Below are positions 53,245-64,000 of a stretch of DNA of 64,000 nucleotides, piece by piece; positions within the stretch are counted from its first letter, which is position 1, and the number at the start of each line of letters is the position of its first letter. The DNA comes from Octopus bimaculoides (lineage: Eukaryota): contig NC_068992.1 of the NCBI RefSeq assembly GCF_001194135.2, positions 22,754,293-22,818,292 of the forward strand, in the 5' to 3' direction. The notes beneath the pieces were generated by a model, which saw only the letters and a program-made list of their open reading frames with translations, was not told the DNA's origin and searched no databases. The position numbers were made by a program, and so were the translations under genes.

Positions 53245-53715
53245 CTTTTGTCTTTTACTCGTTTTAGTCACGTGACTGCGGCCATACTGGGGCACCACCT
53301 TGAAGAGTTTTAGTCGCATGAATCGATCTCAGTCCTTTTAAACATGGTACTTATTTTACCGATCTCTTGTGCCGAACCCCTAGGTTAGGAGACGTAAACA
53401 CACCTATACCGGTTGTCAAGTGGTGGTGGAGGAAGGAATACAGACACAAAGACACACAAACATAGATATATACATGCATATATATATGCATTGCTGTGCC
53501 ATTCAAAACACATTATTACTATTTATTATTAATTATATATGCATATATATGTATATACCACAGACTTATTTCAGTTACTGTCTACCAAGTGCATTTACAA
53601 AGCTTTGATCGGTTCCCTTCTATAGTAGATGTGTGCCCAAGATGAACGCAGTGAGACTGATCCCGGAATTTTGTGGTTGGAAAACCATCTTCTTAACACA
53701 CAGCCACGCCTGTGC
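53245..53715 (-). mobile_element. SINE family C, full-length degraded copy
   Basis: Tail CTTTTACTCGTTTTAGTCACGTGACTGCGGCCATACTGGGGCACCACC, a microsatellite core, and head GGTTGGAAAACCATCTTCTTAACACACAGCCACGCCTGTGC. Confidence 0.8.
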
Positions 53716-55875
53716 TTATATGTAAATTATGTTTAGACACTCAAGTTAATATGTATATTTATCAAATCACTGATGCGGTATGAAGCTCGCTAATAAATTC
53801 TAGTATCTAATTTAGAAAACAATGAATGACACACAGTCTGTAATGTTATGCCCTGTGTGTTTGTCTTAAATGTGATATGTGGATAACTCGAAACATATCA
53901 ACGAATATTTGATATATGCAACTGATATTTCTAAGATGAGTCTGTTGTAGTAATTGTTCGTTAAACCTATTGAAAACATATCCATAGAAGTCATTGCTGG
54001 AATTGAAATCTACTGAGCGTTCTTTTTCCCAAAGACTACGTGCAAGTTTCATTGTAGCACACCCCGTATATCCTTTGAATGCTACCTAATTTTAAACATC
54101 ATCGAAACAACGCCGAACAATAAATGAAAAATTCCGATCTTCAAGACACTTACACACTTACACACCTTTGTATATACATCCATACATACATATAAGCATG
54201 CATACATGCGTACATATACCTGCTGGAAATGAGGAGTAGATAGACAGTTGACAACTGATTAATGGTCCTTTCTCTGTATTTACTTGTCCTTTTTTTTTAT
54301 TGTTCTCTCGTTGTTTATGCACGTAACTCATTTGTTTCATGTTGTTTACACAGTTCGTGATGTTCTGTAGCAATATATATGCCTATATATATATGCCTAT
54401 ATATATATGCCTGTATATATATATATATATNNNNNNNNNNNNNNNNNNNNNNNNNNNNNNNNNNNNNNNNNNNNNNNNNNNNNNNNNNNNNNNNNNNNNN
54501 NNNNNNNNNNNNNNNNNNNNNNNNNNNNNNNNNNNNNNNNNNNNNNNNNNNNNNNNNNNNNNNNNNNNNNNNNNNNNNNNNNNNNNNNNNNNNNNNNNNN
54601 NNNNNNNNNNNNNNNNNNNNNNNNNNNNNNNNNNNNNNNNNNNNNNNNNNNNNNNNNNNNNNNNNNNNNNNNNNNNNNNNNNNNNNNNNNNNNNNNNNNN
54701 NNNNNNNNNNNNNNNNNNNNNNNNNNNNNNNNNNNNNNNNNNNNNNNNNNNNNNNNNNNNNNNNNNNNNNNNNNNNNNNNNNNNNNNNNNNNNNNNNNNN
54801 NNNNNNNNNNNNNNNNNNNNNNNNNNNNNNNNNNNNNNNNNNNNNNNNNNNNNNNNNNNNNNNNNNNNNNNNNNNNNNNNNNNNNNNNNNNNNNNNNNNN
54901 NNNNNNNNNNNNNNNNNNNNNNNNNNNNNNNNNNNNNNNNNNNNNNNNNNNNNNNNNNNNNNNNNNNNNNNNNNNNNNNNNNNNNNNNNNNNNNNNNNNN
55001 NNNNNNNNNNNNNNNNNNNNNNNNNNNNNNNNNNNNNNNNNNNNNNNNNNNNNNNNNNNNNNNNNNNNNNNNNNNNNNNNNNNNNNNNNNNNNNNNNNNN
55101 NNNNNNNNNNNNNNNNNNNNNNNNNNNNNNNNNNNNNNNNNNNNNNNNNNNNNNNNNNNNNNNNNNNNNNNATATATACATGCATATATGAGTACAGGAC
55201 GTCACCAACAGTGCAAAAACATGAAATACATAAACAAACGACTTAAATACATAGACAACGGCTAAAAATGCAAAGCAGGGCAAAGAAGCACAGAAAAAGG
55301 ACATTTCATCAGCTGTCGGCTGTCTATCTAATTCTCATTTCGGACATTCAACGACAATATGAAACGTAAAGTCTAAAGTAAAATGTAGGATTTATGGAGA
55401 GTCGAAATTGGGAGCAAAGTATGACAGTGGAGACATACAACCGAACGAAAACAAATATGGAGGATCTTTAGAGCAGAACTAGAGACACACACAATTACAA
55501 TGGCTTCTGAATAGAGTTGACTCTATAGTGTATCGTAGTCATCTAATGTTCTCCTCTAATCCAACAATCAACGTTTTCAATATTTTTTACTCCCACCGAG
55601 ATTGATGTCCTCTACACAGTGAGAGTAACGTGGCCAATTCACTATCACGGCTACTTGGTAGTTTTGATATCCCTTGTAAAACCCAGCAACATCGTAAGTA
55701 ATTCGTACCCCGATAGTACCGCCTTTCAACAGATTAATCTTTATAGTTTCAGCTTAGAGCTGCGGCCATGCTGATGCACCGCCGTGAGATTGTAAATTTT
55801 ATCTTTAAACTTGAAAGTGTGACAATGTTTTGTACGTATAGATAGTCAATTATAAATCAATATATGGATGTGAAT

Positions 55876-55907
<32 letters not shown>

Positions 55908-57029
55908 CTTTCGAGCTCTCACATACACACACGTGCACTCGCATACTGATACTCATATATTCATATACATTGTGTGAATAATATGTATTCCTGATTCTGT
56001 ATATCTGTGTGAGTATGGAAGTCTTTGTATGTGACTACGTGTATTTCTACGTGTATTTCTACGTGTCTGTCCGTGTGTATTTAAATAAGTGTCATATAAG
56101 TTGGTCGATCTATGTTTTGAATATTCAATAAACAATATGAAAAATACAATCCTGACATTTTTTTCCGACATTCTGCTAGATTAAACTTCTTTATACTTTT
56201 CTATTCAGTTAATTTATAATATTTACTGCAACTGCGGACCTATATTTTGCACACCAATATAGGCACTTCTATTTTCTAAATGCTTGATTTGTTATTTACG
56301 GAAGTTGTTTCTGCAATTACTAGAAAGGATTCTTTCAAAATTTTTAATGTACTGTAATCATTGTGCTTGTTTTCCGAAATAGAAAACTATTATTGCGATA
56401 GAATTCATAGAATTCATTTTTTTCTCCTTCTTTTTCTATGGCTATTGTATAATTGGAATATACAACATGGAAATTCTAATAATGAATTAAGCATTGTAAA
56501 TGCCTCAGAAGAATTTTTTTGATAAATATAAGCGAAATGTATAATGAAAGAATTAGAAAAAAAAATGGTTGTTTGATAATAGAAAATAGACAATCTTTAA
56601 CAATGCATTAATAATAAACACTTGAGACTATTAAATAGTTTTAATTAAAATAATAAGAAATGGGTGAGCAGAAGGTGGGGTTAATGCGAATGTAAAATAT
56701 TCATCTGGGAAAAGAAGAATGTGGTAACAATAAGAATGGAAAAAAAGTAAAAAGAAAAGTGAAAAAGAACAGACGGTACTTACTAATATACAATAACACT
56801 TTATTAGCATAAAATGAAAGGTGAATTAATATATTTACAGCAATGATATTACAGGTAATAAAAAAGCATTAAGGACGCAAAATGAGCTGTTTGGATCCGT
56901 GTCATTTATGAATATTTTACTTGATTATTAAATATGCATAAAATAGCAGACATACGTCTCTCATATCAGAGAAAAATAAAACAGTTCTTAGGAATAAGGC
57001 AGAATGGTCTTCGCACCAAGGCTTTTGAT

Positions 57030-57240
57030 TATAGGTCTGTTTCATAAGGTCGGACACCAACACCAACAAGACTCCAGTTTATATTTCCAAACACGAGTGA
57101 GCACAATTTAAGGGGAATTTCAGCTGCTATTTTCGCAAGACGAACGACCCCACACAAATAAACTCGTTCGCTTATGTGGCTGAATACAAAATGTCCTATC
57201 AAATATGTAATGCTTACAACTATGATTTTCACTTGAAAAA
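57030..57240 (+). mobile_element. Decayed mariner 5' fragment (transposase N-terminal helix-turn-helix)
   Basis: Across frames it reads SEHNLRGI / CYFRKTNDPTQ / MSYQIC / DFHLK, resembling EHFRHILLFYFRKGKNA...LS.RQCQ...GDFSLKD of Mos1/mellifera-type transposases. TATAGGTCTGTTTCATAAG is a possible TIR start. Confidence 0.5.
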
Positions 57241-57296
57241 GTAAGACGTTTGATGAATACACTGCACACCTTGCATTGTATGTATCTCTTTCTCGT

Positions 57297-57353
<57 letters not shown>

Positions 57354-57358
57354 ATGTA

Positions 57359-57395
<37 letters not shown>

Positions 57396-57447
57396 TTCTT
57401 TCTCTCTCTTTCTTTCTCTCTCTCTCTCTCTCTCTCTNNNNNNNNNN

Positions 57448-57519
<72 letters not shown>

Positions 57520-57529
57520 TGTGTCTGTG

Positions 57530-57745
57530 TCTTTGTGTCTGACTGTGTTCCACCACTACCGTTTGACAACGCTGTTTGTGTGTTTACGATACCGTAACTT
57601 AGCGGTTCGGCATAAGGTTTTCATAGATTAAGTACCTGACTTAAAAAAAAGGGGTGGGGTCGATTCATTCGACAACAAATTAAGTGCGGTGCCCCAGCAT
57701 GGTCGCAATCAAATAATTGAAACAAGCAGGAAGTAAAAGAAAGAT
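57530..57745 (+). mobile_element. SINE family C 3' half
   Basis: TTGACAACGCTGTTTGTGTGTTTACG...CCGTAACTTAGCGGTTCGGC...GCGGTGCCCCAGCATGGTCGCAATCAAATAATTGAAACAAG. Confidence 0.78.
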
Positions 57746-60171
57746 AGCAGTCAAAGACGAACCTTGCTTTTTCATAAGGCTCAGTACTTTATTAGACCAA
57801 CACCTAATTTCAGTTTGTGCGTCTCTTTTAGAAGAATGAAAACTTCCCCCAGAGAAAATGATGAATACACTGTTACAATAAATACCGAAGAAATAATATC
57901 TCATAGTTAACATTGATATATTGCTAAGAATATTCCTGACCTGTCATAATACAAAGTCCCCATGCGCAAAATTGTTCTAATGTGTTGTGTAAATATATGT
58001 TGCAAGTGACGATATAAATTATATTCTGAGTTTACCATTTAAGAAATTGAAATATTTTGAAGTGATTAATAGCAAATTGTTTTTCAAATCCTCAATTCCC
58101 ATTATTAATATGAATAATAGAGATTGCACATGTGTCCATCAGCCATGTTTTCACAGGTTACTGGTTGAACTTAAAGACATCGATGTTTATCTTTGTATCA
58201 AAATCGACAACTGGGAATTATAAAATAGGTACTTTGCTTTTTTTTTTAATCAGAATATATAATGTTTACAACCGAAAATATGTAATTGTAATTTACGCTT
58301 GTTTTAAAACTGACACCTATATATGGGTGAATAAAGACTAATCGAGTTGAGACAGAGTTATTTTACGGTTCTGCATTTAATTTACAATTGTTATACTTCA
58401 TATTTCTCTATATTTTACAGCTATCGTATACAATTTTCTTTGCCAGTGTAGACATTTTTAAATATGGTTTTATTTGTTAACTTATAATTCTACCATATCA
58501 ATTCGCTTGCATACGTTTTTTTTTCACGTGATATTTCTCTAATTAACACACGTTCATAATTAGTGTGATATTTAATTCATTTTTGGCTTTGAACATTTTT
58601 CTTTCACTATCCCACTTTTTTAACACGCACCTAAATACACCCTCAGATATGTATACAGATATTTCTCTAATCGGAAAGATAATCAAATTGGAAGAGAAAG
58701 CAGACAGAAATATTTTTTAATCAGTTGTATAATTTGTTTAAGAATTTTATGAAACCAGGCGACACCGACTACTTGCTGCTAGTATCTTATAAAATATGAT
58801 GATTTTATTCAGTAAAAGAAATATTCCCTGCAGTCAAATTCTATTAAACTTCATTAATAACGTTATGGATTGTGATATCTCTTGTCAAAGTAAAAACAAA
58901 TATTAAAGCTTCCTAATGCTGATACAGATGCAGGTCGGTTTGTGTGAGTGTGTGAATGTTAGGTGGATATCTACGAAGTGCTCGAAAATAATTACGCTTA
59001 TTTAAAATTAGATCTAATAAGAATTCAGAAGTTGTTGTATAGAAATACATTAATATATATAGCAAAGAATATATCAATTAATTTAGATTAGATTAATTCT
59101 ATTCTTAAAATTTAATTTGAAGAATCATACATCAATAACTGGAGAAGCATGTTTATTGAAAATGTACATCAAAGACGATGTATATATACATGACAAAGAA
59201 TTTTAGATATGATTAATTAAGGGATTTCGTCCGAAGACATGATGCCAGGAAGACGGTCTTAAACAAATACTCGATATGCTGTAAATAACAGCTAAATTAT
59301 TTCAAATCCCAGAAAGGAAGGCGGCATCCCTTAAAATTAGATGCATTATGATAAAAGAAACATACGTCAAGTTCAAGGCCGCAGAAATATTTGTTCGTAT
59401 GTCTATGTCTTCAGTGATGTTTGTTACAATGAAATAATAGCGCTCATCATGAATCACAATAGGGGGTCCTGTCAGTGAACTTGCTCAACTTAACAGTGAA
59501 ATATTTCCGTTTACATTTGTCATTATACCTGAAATAGAAACGAAAGTAATTCTTTTTGGAGCGAATCATACTATTGGAGAATATTTTAAATGGAACATTG
59601 TCGTGGATAAACATGAATTCCTTCTCAAGTTCATTGCGAGCCAACAGGTTCATATCTATTAATCGTTAGATTTCTTTCCTTATTTTCGTAATTGAAATTC
59701 TCTGTAATTTTTCATTATATATACACATGCTTTCGTGTCATTCTCTACACCACTCTCTGCCCCTGTTTCGCTCTGCATACATATACATATATACATACAT
59801 ATGCAAATACATGCATACATATATATATATTTAAATAAGGAGTAAATAATTCAGGATTGAATATTTGCGAAGATATTATTAACTCTATTATTATCAAGCG
59901 TAACCTACGTAAATTGATAGTAACAGATTTAATGATATAGGCGATTACAGCACCCCCACCCAAAGCATTAAATAGCTGAAGGATTAAAATTTATATTTTC
60001 TTTTTCGGCGGTTTAAATAAGAGTTTTAACTGTTATTTCCAACAGATAGACATACTCAGTATGTCTTTTGATTAATATATATATATATATATATANNNNN
60101 NNNNNNNNNNNNNNNNNNNNNNNNNNNNNNNNNNNNNNNNNNNNNNNNNNNNNNNNNNNNNNNNNNNNNNN

Positions 60172-60428
60172 TGTGTACTTTTGTGTCAGTGTTTGTCCCC
60201 CACCACCATCGCTTGATAACCGAAAAAATAACTCGCTTTCTTGGACTAAAGAATATTGTAAGGCGGTGCTCCGGCTTGTCCTCAATCGAATAACTGAAAC
60301 AAGTACAACAATAAAAGAATACATATATAAGCGTGGCATCTTGGGCAAGTGTCTTCTACTATAACCTCGGGCCGACCAAATCTTTGTGAGTGGATTTGGT
60401 AGATGGAAACTGAAAGAAGCCCGTTGTA

Positions 60429-60460
<32 letters not shown>

Positions 60461-60680
60461 CATGTGTGTATATGCTTGTGTTTCTGTGTTTGTCCCCCCA
60501 TCATTGCTTGATAACCGATGCTGGTGTGTTTATGTACCCGTCACTTAGGGGTTCTGGAAAAGAGACCTATAGAATAAGTACTAGGCTTACAAAGAATAAA
60601 TCCTGGTGCCGATTTACTAGACTAAAGGTGGTGCTCCAGCATGGCCACAGTCAAGTGACTGAAACGAGTAAAAGAGTATA
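60172..60680 (+). mobile_element. Two head-to-tail SINE family C segments
   Basis: A shortened 3' half (60172-60320, tail GACTAAA...GGCGGTGCTCC...ACTGAAACAAGTA) is directly followed by a copy starting at GCGTGGCATCTTGGGCAAGTGTCTTC and ending GACTGAAACGAGTAAAAGAG. Confidence 0.85.
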
Positions 60681-61447
60681 TATATATATATATNNNNNNN
60701 NNNNNNNNNNNNNNNNNNNNNNNNNNNNNNNNNNNNNNNNNNNNNNNNNNNNNNNNNNNNNNNNNNNNNNNNNNNNNNNNNNNNNNNNNNNNNNNNNNNN
60801 NNNNNNNNNNNNNNNNNNNNNNNNNNNNNNNNNNNNNNNNNNNNNNNNNNNNNNNNNNNNNNNNNNNNNNNNNNNNNNNNNNNNNNNNNNNNNNNNNNNN
60901 NNNNNNNNNNNNNNNNNNNNNNNNNNNNNNNNNNNNNNNNNNNNNNNNNNNNNNNNNNNNNNNNNNNNNNNNNNNNNNNNNNNNNNNNNNNNNNNNNNNN
61001 NNNNNNNNNNNNNNNNNNNNNNNNNNNNNNNNNNNNNNNNNNNNNNNNNNNNNNNNNNNNNNNNNNNNNNNNNNNNNNNNNNNNNNNNNNNNNNNNNNNN
61101 NNNNNNNNNNNNNNNNNNNNNNNNNNNNNNNNNNNNNNNNNNNNNNNNNNNNNNNNNNNNNNNNNNNNNNNNNNNNNNNNNNNNNNNNNNNNNNNNNNNN
61201 NNNNNNNNNNNNNNNNNNNNNNNNNNNNNNNNNNNNNNNNNNNNNNNNNNNNNNNNNNNNNNNNNNNNNNNNNNNNNNNNNNNNNNNNNNNNNNNNNNNN
61301 NNNNNNNNNNNNNNNNNNNNNNNNNNNNNNNNNNNNNNNNNNNNNNNNNNNNNNNNNNNNNNNTAATGCATATCTATCTATCTCACTGTCTCTCTTATTC
61401 TCTCCTTTCGTTTGCTTTCTCTCTCTCCCACCTGCCTCTCTCTTTAT

Positions 61448-61479
<32 letters not shown>

Positions 61480-62019
61480 AGCAAACCAAGCTACAGAATA
61501 TTTAGAAAGGAATTTGAATCGATAATAAATAAAAGAGGTTACTGGTTTTGTCAAATGTATTGGTAACATGTTGTATGAATGTGTGAAATGCCCAAGGAAG
61601 AGTGTATATTTTCATCTATAAACACACAATATGTGTTCTTTTATGTATGATTGGAAACTGGGAAGAAAAGCTTTTTCTTTAGTTTCTCAATTTTTCTGCT
61701 GGCAAGTGTGTAATCTTGGGCATGTGAATGCTAAACTTTTACTTCTTATTCTTTTCATATTCCATATCAATATATTGTAAATAATGCCGCTGTTGGTGAG
61801 AGGTGCCCAGCGGGACATATGGGTCAATCATTGTGCAATGACGAATCTGACAGCATGTGTAAATTATTGTAAACAAATTATACAGGTTATTTAAGTTCGA
61901 AAACATCGGGTTATTGAATTTCCATCCGTTGTTTACAGTCAGACGTTGGTGAAAGAGGCATACATACATGTGCACAGACACTCATGCTTCCTAGGAATCG
62001 TGTGTGCATTATGAATAAG

Positions 62020-62181
62020 GGCAGTCGCAGCTGTGTTGTAAGAGTCCTACATCCCAACCACATGGTTCCGGGTTCAGTCCTAGTCCGTGGTCCCTTAGGT
62101 AAATTTATTACTACTATAGCCTTGGGACGACCCAGCCCTTGTGAGTGGATTTGGTTTAGGGAAACTGAAAGAAGCCCGTCG

Positions 62182-62185
<4 letters not shown>
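62020..62185 (+). mobile_element. SINE family C 5' half
   Basis: GCTGTGTTGTAAGAG...CCCAACCACATGGTTCCGGGTTCAGTCC (B-box)...TACTATAGCCTTGGG...GTGAGTGGATTTGG...GAAACTGAAAGAAGCCCGTCG. Confidence 0.85.
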
Positions 62186-62242
<57 letters not shown>

Positions 62243-62496
62243 CCACTCCAAGATAAAAACGCAGCTCAACAGTCACCATTTTAACACCGTTTTCGAGCTC
62301 CAGAGCGAATCGCAGAAGGTCCTCAACTCGCTTACGGAAAACGACATCCAGGCCGGATCCCAAAGTGACAAGATCACTGGGGCCGGTTTATTTTTGCACA
62401 AGGTGACTATTTGAAAGGAGATGATGTTAAAACTTAAGTAAATAAGTTATTTTTTCTTAAATATAACTAGTACGGGAACATTTTGATACTTCCTCG
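62243..62496 (+). mobile_element. 3' end of a mariner related to the 10095-10995 element
   Basis: It aligns with 10742-10995 (CAAGAT.AA.A.GCA.CTCAA...CCAGAGCGAATCG.AGAAGGTC...CCAGGCCGGAT.CCAAAGTG...TAAATAAGTTATTTT) and ends TTTTGATACTTCCTCG|TA (62497-98). Confidence 0.88.
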
Positions 62497-63598
62497 TACA
62501 TATTGTTAAACATATTAGTGTTTTTCTTCGGATTAAATATATATTTTTAGTTGATAAAACGCAACTGGCTTTACGATATCAATTGTTGACAACACTAATT
62601 TTAATAGGTGTGGCAGTGCTACTTTTTAATATTTAACTTTATATAAAAATGAAAACAGATTGTTCTGTAAATCAATTTGAAATTGTCCTCAAATAGTTTG
62701 CGTAAAAATAACACGCTGTTAAAATGTAAATTTCGAGATCGTTGTACGCGTTTTCCTTTTCTTTTAGCTCTGTGATAATGTGCAGTTTTCTCGAAATATA
62801 TAGTTAGGCTCCTAGCATCAATCTTTATTTTTGTTCTTATATTTAGTTTTTCCATGACTACATTTCCTTTGTGTTTTAAACAAGTTCTTAAATTTAGAAT
62901 TTTAATTTAACTATATTTCCTTCGATTCCAAACATTTCGGATTGCTTGAATCAGGCGTCAACCTTGTTGATATTGAAATAAATATTACTTTAATTGGTTA
63001 GGCTGAACAACACTTGTAATGAAGAAGGAACACTATAAATACATGACATCTAGTTTTTTTATCCACCCCCAGTGACTTGAAAGACAAAGTTGTTTCTAGT
63101 AGTCTTTGTAATTTGCATATTCTGACAGCAGCAAAAAAGAAAGTTTTGTTTTGGCATTAGTGTTTTGGTTGGTTGGTTGGTTCCCTTTACATAGCAGCAG
63201 GCTTTGATTGGTAGTAGGTTTCGTGACCTCACTTTATTTTGATAAAGACCCTGTTTATGATTTGGAGAAGCTTGGCGTTCTGCCCGGTTGACTTCCCTGT
63301 GGGGATTCGGTCATTAGTTTTGCCTAATGTTTATCAATCATTCTGGTTGGTTGATTCTCTTAAGGACTCAGTTTGATTTTTCTGGGAGTCCAATTGTGAT
63401 GGGAGGTAAAATTTCATTGGTGTAGTGAGAAGTGGCGTCAGTAACTAGTGTTTGAGACGGGGTATAGTGTTATTGTATAGTGATTTGGAGTTGGGGTTTC
63501 GAAACTCAGGAGAGAGTCTGTTACTAAAGTTTACGGGTTATGTCTGTTGTATCTGCTTTTTTTTTTTGTTTTAGTGTAACAATTGAGTTTTCTTTTTA

Positions 63599-64000
63599 GG
63601 ATATCAAAATTGCGCTTCACTATTAGAAATAGAAAACAAAATTAAACTCTCCCATGAAAAGGAGAGAGCAGAGAAGGAGAAGAGAGCAGTAGAAAGCATA
63701 AAATCAAACCCCAAGGCTTTCTATAGATTTGCAAAGGAGACTGCTACGGTACAGTATAAGATAGGACCCCTATTCCTGCCTAATGACTCACTGACTGCAG
63801 ATCCCACATGGATAAGTGAAGTGCTCAGTACACAATTCAAGAGTGTCTTCACTTCTCCTCTGAGTCACATGCAGATAAAGAACCCAGCTGATTTCTTTGA
63901 CAATAGCACTCAGCAGCAAAAGACTGCATCCATTACCTACATCGACATTGAAGAGGAAGATGTGATAGCTGCCATAAATAAAATGAGCTCAAATTCGGCA
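63599..64000 (+). mobile_element. CR1-group LINE ORF2 segment (between endonuclease and RT), open to the window end
   Basis: Stop-free frame from 63599: ...EIENKIKLSHEKERAEKEKRAVESIKSNPKAFYRFAK...IGPLFLPNDSLTADPTWISEVLSTQFKSVFT...IDIEEEDVIAAINKMSSNSA. The IK.NPK.FY..A, IGPL, L..QF.SVF and I..L..NSA(PGPD) motifs are typical of CR1-clade elements. It is absent from the ORF track because no stop is reached. Confidence 0.87.

Noticed and set aside
57035-57240. Apparent plus-strand exon (TTATAG|GTC...AAAA|GTAAGA) with a single in-frame TGA, and the overlapping hydrophobic minus-strand ORF
   Set aside because: Better explained as a decayed mariner transposase N-terminus (YFRK...DFHLK); the splice-like sites are probably incidental.

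Overview
AT-rich, repeat-dense animal genomic DNA from a short-read scaffold. It has many N gaps, nearly all flanked by (TA)n/(CA)n. The SINE families and the abundance of TA, TG, ATCT, GA, AAT and CTT microsatellites look like Octopus (coleoid cephalopod); this is an inference from repeat style, not a database result. I recognise no host protein-coding gene with confidence, so the window reads as intergenic or a large intron. Nearly all ORFs in the track are microsatellite or N-gap artefacts. Supported content: (1) a 5'-truncated Penelope-like retroelement with RT and C-terminal GIY-YIG of Naiad type (~12.4-14.2 kb), plus a second GIY-YIG relic of another PLE type (~24.1-24.45 kb); (2) four mariner-derived pieces, two with both TIRs, and one deleted Tc1 element with an internal inversion; (3) the open 5' end of a CR1-group LINE ORF at the window end and a decayed RTE-like endonuclease; (4) more than 20 copies of at least three tRNA-derived SINE families; (5) several fold-back hairpins and inverted repeat pairs; (6) a few unexplained coding-like islands (48.4-48.6, 59.3-59.7, 61.8-62.0 kb) that are only candidates. 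I found no convincing novel multi-gene system. Repeat boundaries were set by eye and are approximate unless a TSD or TIR base is quoted.
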